DNA from: Callorhinchus milii
Lineage: Eukaryota
NCBI RefSeq assembly: GCF_018977255.1
Contig: NW_024704743.1
Location: 43,464,001 to 43,528,000, forward strand
Direction: 5' to 3'
DNA length: 64,000 nucleotides
A program made the position numbers and the translations under genes. A model generated the notes under the pieces. It did no database searches, had not been told where the DNA came from, and saw nothing but the letters and a program-made list of their open reading frames with translations. This document shows, piece after piece, positions 49,486 to 62,130 of the stretch. Numbering within the stretch: position 1 is the stretch's first letter; every line of letters begins with the position of its first letter.

Positions 49486-49829
49486 ATAAAAAGGCCACTT
49501 TGGTCCAGTCCCCTGAGCGGTTGCTGAAAACAGGTTTAACTGTATTTAATACAATGAAAGGAATTGACAGGTTAGAGAGTGGATGATTCTTCCCTTTGGT
49601 AGAGGGAACCTTTCCAAGGGGTCTTAACTTTAGATTCAGAATTAAGTCAGCGAGACATGAGGTTAGGAACATTTTTTCATATGGGGGATGTGAAGACATG
49701 GAATGTTTTGCCTCAGAAAGTTGTAGAGGTGCAATCAATAGATATTTGGGCAGAATAGATTAAAGGGCGGAGCATTGAGATTAAAAAATATTAAACATGT
49801 AGAACAGGCTCGTTGGGCTGAATGCATCC

Positions 49830-50167
49830 TGAAAGAAGAGGGAGAGGGAGTGCAGGAGGAGACGGAGTTTGAGAGATTGGAGTGACCGTCAAAGGAGGAG
49901 GAGAGGGAATGTGGAAGGAGGGAAGGGGAGTGTGAGAGGAGGAAGGATTGGTAAACTAGAGAGTGAGAGAATGTGGAAAGACAAGAGGTAGTTTAGATAA
50001 GGAATAAAGGAGGGAGAAAAGGGGAGGATAGCAAGTATGTGAATGGCTGACTAAGAGTGAAGAAAAGATGAAGGAGTGACTGTATGAGAGGGAAGTGACT
50101 GTGAATCAGACACAATAAGAGAGGTAAAAGATAGAGAGAAAGAGTGACTCAGTGAGAGGGAAGAGAA
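49830..50167 (+). repeat. Purine-rich (GA) low-complexity tract
   Basis: About 340 bp dominated by G and A on the + strand. Confidence 0.8.
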
Positions 50168-50398
50168 CACGTGTGATTGAGCATGATCGCACTCCTCTCC
50201 TCAGTGTTCACATTGCTCTTCATGAGGTACACTGTAAATTCAAGTTGTGTTTTGTTCTTCATATGAAAAAGAACCAGTGTAATAAACAATGTTGAAAACA
50301 TAGACTTCCAGAGAAAGACTGTCAAGAGAGAGGGACAGATAGTGATGCACACAAAAACTGTGTGAAACACACATAGGGAACAAACCCACAGGAAGATA

Positions 50399-50510
50399 TA
50401 ATAATAATAATCCTTGCATTTGATATACCACTTTTCATGTCTTCTAGACGTCTCAAAGTGCTTCACAGAATAGACTGTAAAGTAAATTGACTGTATATTT
50501 GTGAGCGAAA
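50399..50510 (-). mobile_element. SINE 3' tail fragment
   Basis: (TAA)n TCCTTGCATTTGATATA..CTTTTCATGTCTTCTAGACGTCTCAAAG. Confidence 0.85.
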
Positions 50511-50539
50511 GATGTGATATGGATGGAGATTTTCCTTGA

Positions 50540-50810
50540 TCAGTTGAATGTCTAACACATGCAGAAACCCATCACCATGCTTAAGAGTATCCAAACCAAA
50601 TGTGAATTCCATGCATCCCACCTACACATGGAAATTCCAGAGATATTTATTGGAATGTGTACTCTCTCTGTGTAGGGATGCATCCTGCTTTCTCAATCCA
50701 TAAACTATTAGGCACAGGTTGACAAGAGCCAAGGCTTGGGGCCCCCAGGGTGTATATTGGGGTACTGTTGGAGTCTAACCAGCTAAAACCGCATAGTTTG
50801 CCATTGATAG
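50540..50810 (-). repeat. Family X 3' half
   Basis: GAAACCCATCACCATGCTTAAGAGTATCCAAACCAAA...GGGGTACTGTTGGAGTCTAACCAGCTAAAACCGCATAG. Confidence 0.85.
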
Positions 50811-51849
50811 GGAATGATTGGGAGGGAGGAAAAAATGGAAAGAAAGCTATGTAGACATATGAACACAAACTGAAGACAGAGATGTCTTCACAAATTACAC
50901 TGATGTTTGTTCCCAGCTCAATTTCTGCCACCCATCCTGGTATAGACAGCTTTATGAGTTACAGTACATTAGCATTCATAAAGTACCACAGTAAGGTAAT
51001 CATTAAAATAGTAGATGAGTATAATTTAGGTCAATTTTTGAATGGTTGACTTAATTCACTGCTAGTACTAATTCAAGATTTTACATAATAGAATTCACAA
51101 CACTTTTCACACAGCTGATAAGTTTAATAAAGTAGCATGAGGTGTTCAAACCACCCACTTAATCTCTTGTAATTTCCTTGAATATTAACTTATGTTTCCG
51201 AAGCGGTGGGGATGGCAACAAGGAACCCTGATTTAAGCTGTTTAGCCTTTCTCTTCTTAAACTCAAATTTAATTTCACACAATGGACAAATTCATGTTTG
51301 AGAAAACTGTTTGAGTCTTTGTTGATATCTAATACTTTACTCTTCTGACCTTCTTGCGTAAAGTAACCCTCCATCTCCCATTACAGTGAACATTTCAAAT
51401 TATAGTGAACAAAACTAGCAATGTCAGACCATCCCTCCCTATGCCACTGTTTAATCAGAGGAAACAGATCAGAGTTAGACTATTATAGATGTATGAAAAA
51501 GAGTGCAGAGAATGAGTTCTGCAGTCAGAGACAGACTGAGAGATAAAACCAACAGCCTGGCGTAAAAAGGATTAACATCAAGCTGTGCTACAAGCTTTTG
51601 TTTATGCTTGAAACCCTGGAGTGATTTGCTGTGAACCATGCTGTTTACATTTTCGGGCTTCTTGATTGACATTGTGTGTTTGCTTGTGTTTGCTATTTTC
51701 AATGTGATAACAAAATAAAGGCTGCTAACTCCTTTTTGCTTCTGAAATGGCTCTAACACCAACAAAATATTGAGTCAATAATAAAACAAACATTGTAAAG
51801 CAATGGTGCAAATGACCGAAGTGCACACACTAAACAGCATTCAACAAAC

Positions 51850-53805
51850 AGCAAGGTTTTAAATTTAAGTAAGGCAAACTTTGAAGGGATGAGAAATTAA
51901 TTGATCGCAGTAAACTGGGGTAATCTGTTAATGGGTAAAGCCAAAGACAAACAGTGGGAAGTATTAAAAGTCATATTTGGTGCAATACCAAACCAACACA
52001 TACCCCTAAACTGCAAAAACTCCACTTCTGTAGTTAAGTAACCATGGTCTGCAAACGTTTTTTAAAATATATTAAGAGAAAGATTGGTAAAGGGGAATGT
52101 GGGCCCATTGAAGACAGATGTAGGTGGGACTAAAATAATAATATTATTTTTTATAATAATATAATAATATAATATAATAGACAATATGGACATGACAGAC
52201 TTGTTAAATGAATACTTTGCATCCGTTTTCACAGTAGAGGAAGAGGATGAAATGCCAGCGGTACAGGAGAACCTAAAAAGAAATCAAAGAGAAGTATTTA
52301 ATGGATTTAATATAAATTTTAAAATGGTAATGGAGAAATAATGAGACTAAAGAAAGACAAATCTCTAGCACCTGATGGTTTCCACCCCAGGGAATTAAAA
52401 GAATTAGGGGAGGAAATTGGAGATGTCTTACTCATAATTTTCCAAGCTCTCTATATTCGGGAATTGTGGCCTTGGATTGGAAAATTGAGAATGTCACTCC
52501 ATTATTTAATCTCTCATCAGGGACAAAGTAACTGAGCACTTGGATAAGTATGAATTAGTCAAAGAGAGTCGGCGTGGATTTGTGAAGGGTAGGTCATGTC
52601 TGACAAATCTAATTGAATTTTTGGAGGAGGTCACTAACATAGTGGATACGAGAGTGTCTACGGATGTCGTTTACATGGAGTTTCAGAAGGCATTTGAGGT
52701 TATTAGCAAAAATCAAAGTGCATGGAATCGGAGGAGGTTTGGTAATTGCTTGGGAGGCAGGAAACAAAGAGTAGGAATAGGGGAAAGCTCTCTGATTGGC
52801 GGTACGTGACAAGTGGGGTCCCCCAGGGGTCTGTCCTGGGGCCTCAGCTTTTCACCGCATACGTATATGACTTGGATGAAGGAAAAGAGTTTTATATCCA
52901 AATTTGCAGACGACACATTGTTAGGAGTCACAGTAAATTGTGTCGATGGGAGCAGGAAGTTACGAAGGGACTTGGATAGATTAAGTGAGTGGGAAAAATT
53001 GTGGCAGATGGAGTTCAATGTGGGGAAGTGCGAGGTCATCCACTATGAATCCAAAAAAGACAAAACAGAATATTCACTAATGGTGAGAAACTGAAAACTG
53101 TGGAGGAGCAAAAGGATTTGGGTGTCCATGTATGCAAATCACTATAAACTAGCTCACAGGTACAAAAAGTTATCAAAAAGGCTAATGGAATGTTGGCCTT
53201 TATATTAAGGAGGTTGGAATATAAAGGAAAGGAAATAATGATTCAGCTGTATAGAGCCTCGGTCAAACCCCATCTGGAGTACTGCATTCAGTTATGGGCA
53301 TCTCACCTCAAGAAGGATATATTAGCTGTGGTACAGATTCACCAAAATGAAACTAGGCTTAAAAGGTTGAATTATGAGGACAGGTTGCATAAACTTGGTC
53401 TGTATCCCCCTGAGTTTAGAAGGTTGAGGGAGATCTGATTGAGGTGTTAAAAATAATAAAGGGATTTGATAGCATAGCTACGGCAAAACTATTTCCTTTG
53501 GCTGGGAATCCAAAACAAGGAGCATATTCCGAAAATTAGAGCTAAGCTGTTTAAGAGTGAAATCAGGAAGATTTTTTCACACAAAGAGTCGGGGAAATCT
53601 GGAACTTTCTCCCCAGAAAAGGTTGTGGATGCTGGATCCATTAAAATTTTCAAGATTGAGGTGGATAGATTTTTGTCAGGTAGGATATCAAGGGTTATGA
53701 GGCAAAGTCGGGGAAATAGAGTTCAGTTACAAATCAGCCATGATCTTATAGAATGGTGGAACAAGCTGGAGGGGCTGAATGTCCTACTTCTGTTCCTATG
53801 TTTCT
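51850..53805 (+). mobile_element. 5'-truncated CR1 LINE with decayed RT domain and 3' UTR
   Basis: [95 protein letters not shown]; many frameshifts; ends CTACTTCTGTTCCTATGTTTCT. Confidence 0.95.
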
Positions 53806-53991
53806 AATTTAGTTCTGCTGTCAGCTTGGCACATTTGGCACTTTTCTCACCTCTGCTGCAGAAGGTTGTGGGTTCTAAGCCACACACTAGCACATGAGTT
53901 CATAGTCCAAGCTCGGGGAGCACTGCATTGCCCTTTGGACCAGATTTGAACGTGAAGCCTGTTCAAGAAGAAAATTAAACATCGCAAAAAA

Positions 53992-54106
53992 ATCTCGCCC
54001 ACAAATATACAGTCAATTCACTTTACAGTCTATTCTGTAAAGCGCTTTGAGATGTCTAGAAGATGTGAAAAGCACTATATCAAATGCAAGGGTTATTATT
54101 ATTATT
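53992..54106 (+). mobile_element. SINE 3' fragment
   Basis: CGCCCACAAATATACAGTCAATTCAC...(TTA)n. Confidence 0.85.
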
Positions 54107-56103
54107 AAAACGCCATTTGAAAGAGCTTGAAGTTTCTACTCGTGATCTAGCAAATCTTCCAGGATAAATTGACCATTCATTTAATAATTGGTTCTGAGAA
54201 TTGGTGGTCATATTAGCATACAAATACAATCACAACATTTGCCAGCAATTAGTTGTAAAGTAATTTGGACGTTAAGGATGCTTTATCAAATACAAGAATT
54301 GTTATTCAAACCAATTAAACGCAAATACCAATTTAAGCCGATTCAGATCTATAATAGCTCAACAGTCTAATTGAGTCTAAAGCCACAGGAGCATTTGTAA
54401 TTCAAGAAAATGGTGATGAGCATTTTAAAACCAGAGTTGAATACTCAGTGCTTTAACAATTGCAAAGTTCCAGAAATTTTAATGTGAGCAGAGTAGTAAT
54501 AACTCCGACACTCACAATTGAGCTTCAGGAGTTATTAAAGATATTTTATTGGTGATTTCTATTTTGGGTTACATTCATGGATACGATTATGTATTGCTTG
54601 CAGCAGTAGAGTGGATGGGTGTAGAAAACCAGATGTCCAAAATGGCACTGGCGAGAAGAGAGTGTTGTGCTTATGTAACTAAGCATGTGCAGAGCTCTCC
54701 TGCGGGGTGCTGAATCCTGGTTTGTTCTTTCATGTTGTTCAAGAGCTACAGGATGGACTGTAGCTAAGGACTGGAACAGGTTGTCAGGAAGATGGTTGAG
54801 GCCAAGTCACTGGACTGGTTTTAAAAATAGCTTGGTGCTGTGATGGGAGTGCTGTAGAGGGATAATCTAGAGCAATGGGCTTTCTTCAGTCAAACCAATC
54901 TTGTGATCTTGTGACCTCAAATTTAATTTTATACTTTACTTTTCACATTGTTAATAAACTGGCCAATTAAATGATTCTTGTGAGCAGGATTTTCATTCCA
55001 GTCCATACCGAAGAGAGGTGAATGTTCATTTAACTACGAATTTGTATTTGTATTCCAGTTTGGGGCTTCTGATTTCTATCCTCCAAGCCAATTTGAAATC
55101 TAAAGATGAGGATTGCAGAGCCGAACACTCAAAATTCTTACCTAAAGCGTTTTGAGACATTGTGATATGATACAGTGCTATACAAAAGCAATTTATTTCT
55201 CTCTTCACATTCTTTGCCCTAGGTAATAACAAAAGAGAAGAAGAAAAGATTTTTAAAAAAGAAATCTGCGATTTAATCTCGGAACAAATTGACCTTTATT
55301 CCGGTCCTAATGGCTCAGTTGCACCGATTTCTCGTGCATTTTCATGTCTCTCATACGTTACTTTCCAGTGCCTTGGGACGTCCTCCCAACGTGAAAGGCG
55401 CTATACAAATGTAATTTTGTTGTTGTTGTTGTTACAGCAATAGCTTTAGCATCCCTTACTTTTGATGACTCCACTGTTAATCCTTCATTCATTGACATGT
55501 TTGGCCTCACTGTCATTTCTGATTTCAACTGGCACTCCCAAATATATTTATTGCTACAATTGCCTCAAAAATATTGATTTCCTTTTCTGAGGAACATTTT
55601 CTTTCCCCTCAGCATCCCTAAATGGTCTAAGTCTCAAGGCTGTCCAAACTAAAAATACCACTGCTGCCATATCTGGGGGAGAATAATCCTGGACCCGGTA
55701 CAAGATAAAGTATGTTGTTCAACAGATGCTTCTTCTCTGAACTGCAGCTGCAACCTTTCTCTTTGTCTTTAGTCACAAGCTTTCTTGTCTTTCTCTCAAT
55801 GCTATCATGATCATCTGAATGTCCTTTTTGATTTCTTCTATGCTCCATATACTCTGCGTCTATTACATCAACTTGTTCCTTACTGTAGATTTGTTTGAGA
55901 TGTCAATGTGAAATGTAAAATTATTGTTATTGAATTTCTTCATAATCTATGTGCTGACATCTTCACATGTTGGAAGTTCTGGAGCCAAAATGAGTGAATT
56001 AAGAATTTGGATATATTTTTATTTGTGAAAAATGATGTGAAAAACACTTATTCTGGAACTTCTATAATATTTCTTTCTTACCCATTATTTAAGAGATCAA
56101 TAA

Positions 56104-56604
56104 GAAACGTTAGGCAAGTTTCCTTACTCCACACGCCTCTGTTTACCTAGCAGTAAGTAGGAACCCAGTTTTAGTCAATTGACAGATCACTTTTCTGGGG
56201 GTAATAATCCCTTCAAAAAATAATAATTTGGATGCTCAATCACCGATTGTTTGTAGGACACTGCTGTGCACAATTGGCTGCCGCGTTTCACCCATAAATT
56301 ATACAGTCAATTCAATTTGTAGTACATCCTGTGAAACGTTTTGAGATGTATCAAAAACATGATAATCCTTGCATTTGATATATATCAAATGCAAGGATTA
56401 TTATTAATGAGATGTTTGAGACATCTTTGAGACATCTCGAAGGTTTGATAAGGCTCTATATCAAATACAAGGATTATTATTGTAATAGTCTGTAACAGGG
56501 TATACAGTCAATTCACTTTACAGTATATTCTGTGAAGCACTTTGGGATGTCTAGAAGACGTGAAAAGCGCTATATCAAATGCAAGGATTATTATTATTAT
56601 TATT
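56104..56604 (+). mobile_element. SINE cluster: one headless long copy plus stacked tail fragments
   Basis: Three successive ATCAAAT.CAAGGATTATT tails and a palindromic tail at 56362-56401. Confidence 0.85.
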
Positions 56605-57654
56605 TACAGCTAATTTAGCTAATACAAAATATTTGCGTTTCTCTTGCTATTTTTTGCTATCTACTTTTATATTGTTACTTTACTTCAACTAGTGCCTCTA
56701 AAACTACATTTTATGGGACGTAGACCCCATTTTCCCCCTATATTACTTAAAGACTTTTAAAATATTTTGGTTTGGTGTCCCAAGTTATTTTTGACCTCCT
56801 TATTTAGCCAGTTGGGTTTTGATCTTACAAATCTTATCTTTTCCCTCATAAGAATGTGTTTTTGTAGCAAGTGAATCTTCTGGCCTTTCATCCCAGAAAG
56901 CTGTTTCCATTTTAATTTAAAATTCCTCACAGTCCAGAAAAGCCATTTACAGTCTTATGCGAATGAAGTCAGTATCTATTTCAGTAGAGATATGTGCTGC
57001 TTATTGTTTATATAATTTAGAACATTTCCAAGGATTACATATTTCTCTCATCACTCCAACAAGTCAAAGAAATTTTCATTTTCATGCAGAAAGAAATTCA
57101 ATCATCATAAACTAATCAATAACATTATGAAGTAAAACACAATGAGCAAACTGTGGCCCTTGCCAACCAGTGCCTAACATGCTCTGGAATTAAGTAAGCA
57201 GAGTAAATCTTTCCAGGAAGAGAGTGCGCATTCCATTCCAGTTACGGAAATTTCTGGTTTGGATACTCTTAATACTCATAATTACGATTTTAAATACCCG
57301 ACTGACTAAAAAGTTAAAATGTCATAAATTTTGACACTATTTTTCACAGTTCTTAAAAAGGAACCGCTTCCAAATTAAAGCTGGATTTTCCCTAATTCTG
57401 TGGAATGTTTAATTTGTGGACTGAACTACTAAACCAGGTGAAATTTCAAACTCTCTGGTTGGCATTCAATTCAATTTTAATGTGATTTCCAAACGTTAAA
57501 GCAATTCTATTCTTCAAAGCGATTAGCAACGTAGCCTCAACATGCTCAACCTCATTTCACTAACAAGTGATGAACTGCCACGCAGCACAGTAGCTTCTGC
57601 TGGTTCCATGGTTATGGAATCGGCTTTTCTCGTTTTGTGTTTTGTTACATTCTT

Positions 57655-58055
57655 ATAGTAATAATTGTTACACTTGACATAGCCTCTTATCATATTATCA
57701 ATACATCTCAAAGCACTTCACTGAAATTTCTGTATCCAGTAGTGACTGTGTGTTTGTAGAAGATTATGTGAGCTAATTTGTTCACAGCAATGAAGCCATG
57801 AAGTGAATAACCAATTTTATCTGAAGGATTGTTGGCCAGAAGAAACTCTCTTCTCTTTTTGAATAATGCTACGGGTTCTTTATCGTTCACGTGCACAGGC
57901 TGCCAGGAACTCGGTTTTAATGTCTCATTCAAACTATGGCACCTCTATCAATGGAGTGCTCTCCCAGCAATGGCAGTCTCGACTATGAGTTCAAAATCTT
58001 AATGTGGGGCTTTGCACCATACCTTTTAATTCAGGAGTAAGAGTGCTACCAACTC
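57655..58055 (-). mobile_element. Old long Deu-core SINE
   Basis: GAGTAAGAGTGCTACCAACT head on +; GGTTTTAATGTCTCATTC; degenerate core and tail. Confidence 0.65.
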
Positions 58056-58290
58056 TCATTGTCCCTTCTATCCTCCTCTTGATTGGAAGAAACAATGAGG
58101 GGTCAAGAAGTCAGTGAATGCAGGTAAAATGGAAACCATTTCTAAAACCAAAGCGATTTTAGAAACATTTGCAGAGTTTAGGTTAAAGGTCTCTTGTAAA
58201 ACATGCTCAGTTTCAATATAACAAAAATAATGTTTACATTTGATAATAGTGCATTTTACATCGGGAGGACGTCTCAAAGTGCTTCATAAT

Positions 58291-58590
58291 GGAGTCCTGT
58301 AGCTCAGTGGTTAGAGCACTCGTTTTGCAACCTGAGTTCAATTCCAGGCAGGGCGAAACCTTGGGCAAGTTTCCAAACTCCACACGCCTAATAATAATCC
58401 CTCCAAAACAAAACAATAATAAATTGGTCACTTCAATCCACGACTGTTTGTGGGACATTGCTGTGCGCAATTGGCTGCCGCGTTCGCCCACAAATATACA
58501 GTCAATTCACTTTACAGTGTGTTCTGTGAAGCGCTTTGGGACGTCTTCCCGACGTGAAAAGCGCTATATCAAATGCAAGGATTATTATTA
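58291..58590 (+). mobile_element. Near-full young tRNA-Ala SINE (small deletion in the anticodon/variable region)
   Basis: GGAGTCCTGTAGCTCAGTGGTTAGAGC...GAGTTCAATTCCAGGCAGGGCG...(TTA)n. Confidence 0.92.
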
Positions 58591-59140
58591 AGGATTATTG
58601 TTATCATAATACCGATAGCTTCTTGCTGTGAACATGAATTGCATTGTTCCATGTTGTAAAATATTTTGTTATGAAGTTTTTTAAAGACAAAATAGTCAAA
58701 TTATAGAGGACATGGGACCATAAAGAGGTGCAACAGCATTTTATCTAAAAGCATCTGTGAAATGGAGCATCTTGCACACTGGGTTTGACAATTTTTACAG
58801 GTATGCTTCGAGTACAAAGTAATTTAATGTGACTTGAAAAGATTCTTCAAAGAAGGAATCATTGTTTTATGGTGAAGCAAACTGTACAGACTGTCATTAG
58901 GTATAAGAGCAACATCTAAAAAAATGCCAGACTACATCAAGGCTTTAGAAGGATAAAAATGGAATATGCCATCAAAGTAATTCTATTATTTTGAGTGCAA
59001 GGAAAAAGCATTCATCAGTTCAGGCGTATAATGTCTTGATCCTGGAAACTGAGTCTTACAAAAAATTCTGATGTTATTTTGTGGTTTTAAGTTGTAATTA
59101 CTTTTGTTTTCAATTTTTGTCTTTTTGCTCGACTGTGCAG

Positions 59141-59187
59141 TATTTGATGTTACTTGCTTGCCTACCATTAAATTCCATCACTGCAAG
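59141..59187 (+). other. Candidate 47-nt internal exon of an unidentified transcript
   Basis: Long pyrimidine tract cttttgttttcaatttttgtctttttgctcgactgtgcAG; donor AAG|GTAAGA; two open frames (xFDVTCLPTIKFHHCK or YLMLLACLPLNSITAx). Confidence 0.33.
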
Positions 59188-60133
59188 GTAAGAGTATCTA
59201 TAATATGATGTTACCAAGGTGCTCGGCCTCAAAATCGTTTGTAGAAAAATTCCTCATACATCATAGGGGTGAATCATCAGCACTTTATTTCCATTAAATC
59301 ACATCTACACTTGTTCACACTGTGCATGAACAGAATACGACCTTGTTTATCTCCTATTTGTTCAATACACTGGAGTGCAAGGAGAGAGAGAAAATGTATC
59401 TCATCCAAACATGCCAGATTGCTTATTATGTTATCAGTTTCACATTCAGATGTTCTGTGACCTGCTCCACGGAACATTCTGCATTTTACCATTCTGTTTA
59501 CCTGCTGACATTTTCAGTCAGGAATGGGAAAAGAAGCTCTAAGAAATGATTGGACTGAAATTGTGTTTTAGTTGAAAAGTACAGCTGGCCTGTCAAACCA
59601 TTAATGTAGATTTGTTTGCTAGTCCAGGACATACGCAAAAAGGGATGACAGAAAATATTTTTCATGCAAATCTTCATTATCATAATCAGATCTTTCTTTA
59701 GCAATTTAAATTATTTTAGTACCTGAATTTCAATAATTTAGTGCAAAAGATCTGAGCTGCCAATAGGTATTCCAAGTTACTTATTTAATAAAATAAAAAG
59801 ATTAATGTGTTCCTGTTCAGGCTGATGTTAAAGATCTCATGGCACTAATTGAAAAAAGAAGGGAATTTTTCCTGGTGTCCTGGCCCACAATCCCCTAAAT
59901 AAAATTGGCCATTCACTCCATGGCTGTTTATTGGTACATTTATGTGCACAAATTTGCTGCCGTGTTTCAACAAAGTAAACTGTCACTGCACTGCAGGGTA
60001 AATCATGTGAAGTGCTTTTGAGACATACTCACAATGTGCATATACTTGTTACATAAATCACTGGGTACAGTGTATTTTGTTGCGATTTACTGTACAAATT
60101 ACAATAAATTTTTGCAAAAAAAGTCTAAAACTT

Positions 60134-60247
60134 AATAATAATAATTCTTGCATTTGATATAGCGAGTCATCACGTCTTCAAGACGTCTCAAAGCGCTTCA
60201 CAGAATATACTGTAAAGTGAATTGACTGTATATTTTGTGGGCGAAAC
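60134..60247 (-). mobile_element. SINE 3' fragment
   Basis: Tail matches the consensus. Confidence 0.85.
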
Positions 60248-61204
60248 ACAAATCTTGTTTGAAAAGTGCAATCTTGAAGAGATGATTAAAGTTCTTGGGC
60301 AATCCTTGTTAATATTAATAACATTAAAAGACTAACATTGATTAGTGCAACTCTTTGCAAATACTTTGCTTTGCAAATGCAGGCTTCCCCTCAGCCCTCA
60401 GTGAAGGCAGTTGGTAACAGTAAGTGAAAATCAAGTTCCCTTTCTGAACGCACTGCTGTTTGAAATTTTATTGCTATGTTTTAAGCAATAAAAAACAAGT
60501 TTAAGAAAAATATTAGCACAGTAAGGGCATATGATCCAGTCCCCAAATATGCTCTCTATAGTGATAAATAGCATGTGTATAAGCTTCTAAGAAGCACCAT
60601 GAAGAAAACACCGTTGGTACTTCAGTTGAAAGGTAATGTATTAGGAGAAGTCTTAGCAGTTCTGTAGGCCTTCCAAATGTGGTTTCTGTTTGCAGCCTGA
60701 ACTCAGAAAAAGTAAAAAAAAAGTTTGCAATGCTCTGGAGATTACTTTGGAAATGGGTTCAGCTTTTGAAACAAGATACACACTGCCAATAAAATCTCAT
60801 TTGTGAGTGTTGGATATCATTTAAAGATGGTAAATCTAAACACTACCTGACAAGGTTGTAGCAGTGAATCAGACATTGTAACACATAATCCATATTGATG
60901 TGGTTAATTTATTGCAAACAGGATGGATTGAGGTCTCCCATGATATACATGGAACAATGAATGGATAGGTTGGAATTACAAGGCACTAATCAGACTAAAG
61001 CTTCAAACAGCATCATCAGTGGTTGAGTTCAATGACTGTGAGGTAAAGATTGAGACATTCTGTTATAGATTATCACATTAAATCTATTATGAAACACCAA
61101 TTATTTCCGGTCATTCCTACAGACTCTCTGGGGACACAAGCGATTGATTGCTTTCATGATTTGAAAAATATTAATGCCATCTTAGACATTGGGAAAGCCA
61201 GTAT

Positions 61205-62130
61205 ACATTGGTTAGGCCTCAGATGGAGTATTGTGTCCAATTCTGGGCACCACACTTTAGGAAGGATATTAAGGCCTTGGAGAGGGAGCAGAGGAGATTT
61301 ATCAGAATGGTACCAGGGATGAGGGACTTTAGTTATGTGGAGAGACTAGAGAAGCTGGGATTGTCTCCTTACAACAACAACAACAACAATTTGAACTTAT
61401 ATAGCGCCCTTCATGCAGGACAGCATCTCAGAATGCTTACCAATGGCGGAGCCTGACTACGAGCCAGGGGCGGGGAGGTGACCGTAAACACGGTCGAAAA
61501 GGAAGGTTTTAACGTGGGACTTGAAAAAGGGGACAGAGGGGCTAAGGCGGAGGGATTGAGAGTGTTCCAAAGTTTCGGGTTGTAGTGGCTGAAAGTGCAA
61601 CCTCCAATGGTGGAGCGGAGGGTGCAAGAGACAAGCAGGAGGTCGGTGCCAGTTGAGCGGAGGTGTTATGTGGTGGATTGCGGAGTGAGGAGGTCAGAGA
61701 GGTAGGAAGGTGCCAGGGGTTGAAGTGATTTGAACATGAAAGTGAGGATCTTGAAATCGAGCAGAGAAGGTTAAGGGGAGAATTAATAGAGGTGTTCAAA
61801 ATTATGAGGGATTTTGATAGAGCAGATAGGGAGAAACTGTTTCCATTGGCAGGTGGGGTGATAACCCAGAAACATAGATTTAAGATAATTGGCAAAAGAA
61901 CCAGAGGAGAAATGGGGAGAATTTACGGTCTGGAATGCACTGTCTGAAAGGGTGGTGGAAACAGCTTCAATAACTTTCAAAAGGGAATTGGATAAGTACT
62001 TGAAAAGGAAAAAAGGTTGGGATGATATGGGGAAGGAGCGGAGAGTGGGACAGATTGTGTAGCTCTTCCAAAGAGCCGGCAGAGGCACGATGGGCTGAAT
62101 GGCCTATTTCTGTGCTGTAATATTCTATGA
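61205..62130 (+). mobile_element. 5'-truncated CR1 split by an antisense L2 fragment
   Basis: VRPQMEYCVQFWAPHFRKDIKALEREQRRFIRMVPGMRDFSYVERLEKLGLS; resumes at ~61758 (EQRRLRGELIEVFKIMRDFDR); 3' UTR GATGGGCTGAATGGCCTATTTCTGTGCTGTAATATTCTATG. Confidence 0.92.
61371..61757 (-). mobile_element. L2 3' fragment nested in CR1
   Basis: (CAA)n tail; TTATATAGCGCCCTTCATGC; minus-strand TTCAAGATCCTCACTTTCATGTTCAAATCACTTCA (FKILTFMFKSL). Confidence 0.8.

Noticed and set aside
52132..52180. AT-rich (ATAAT)n patch as an origin or regulatory element
   Set aside because: A simple slippage expansion inside the CR1 relic.
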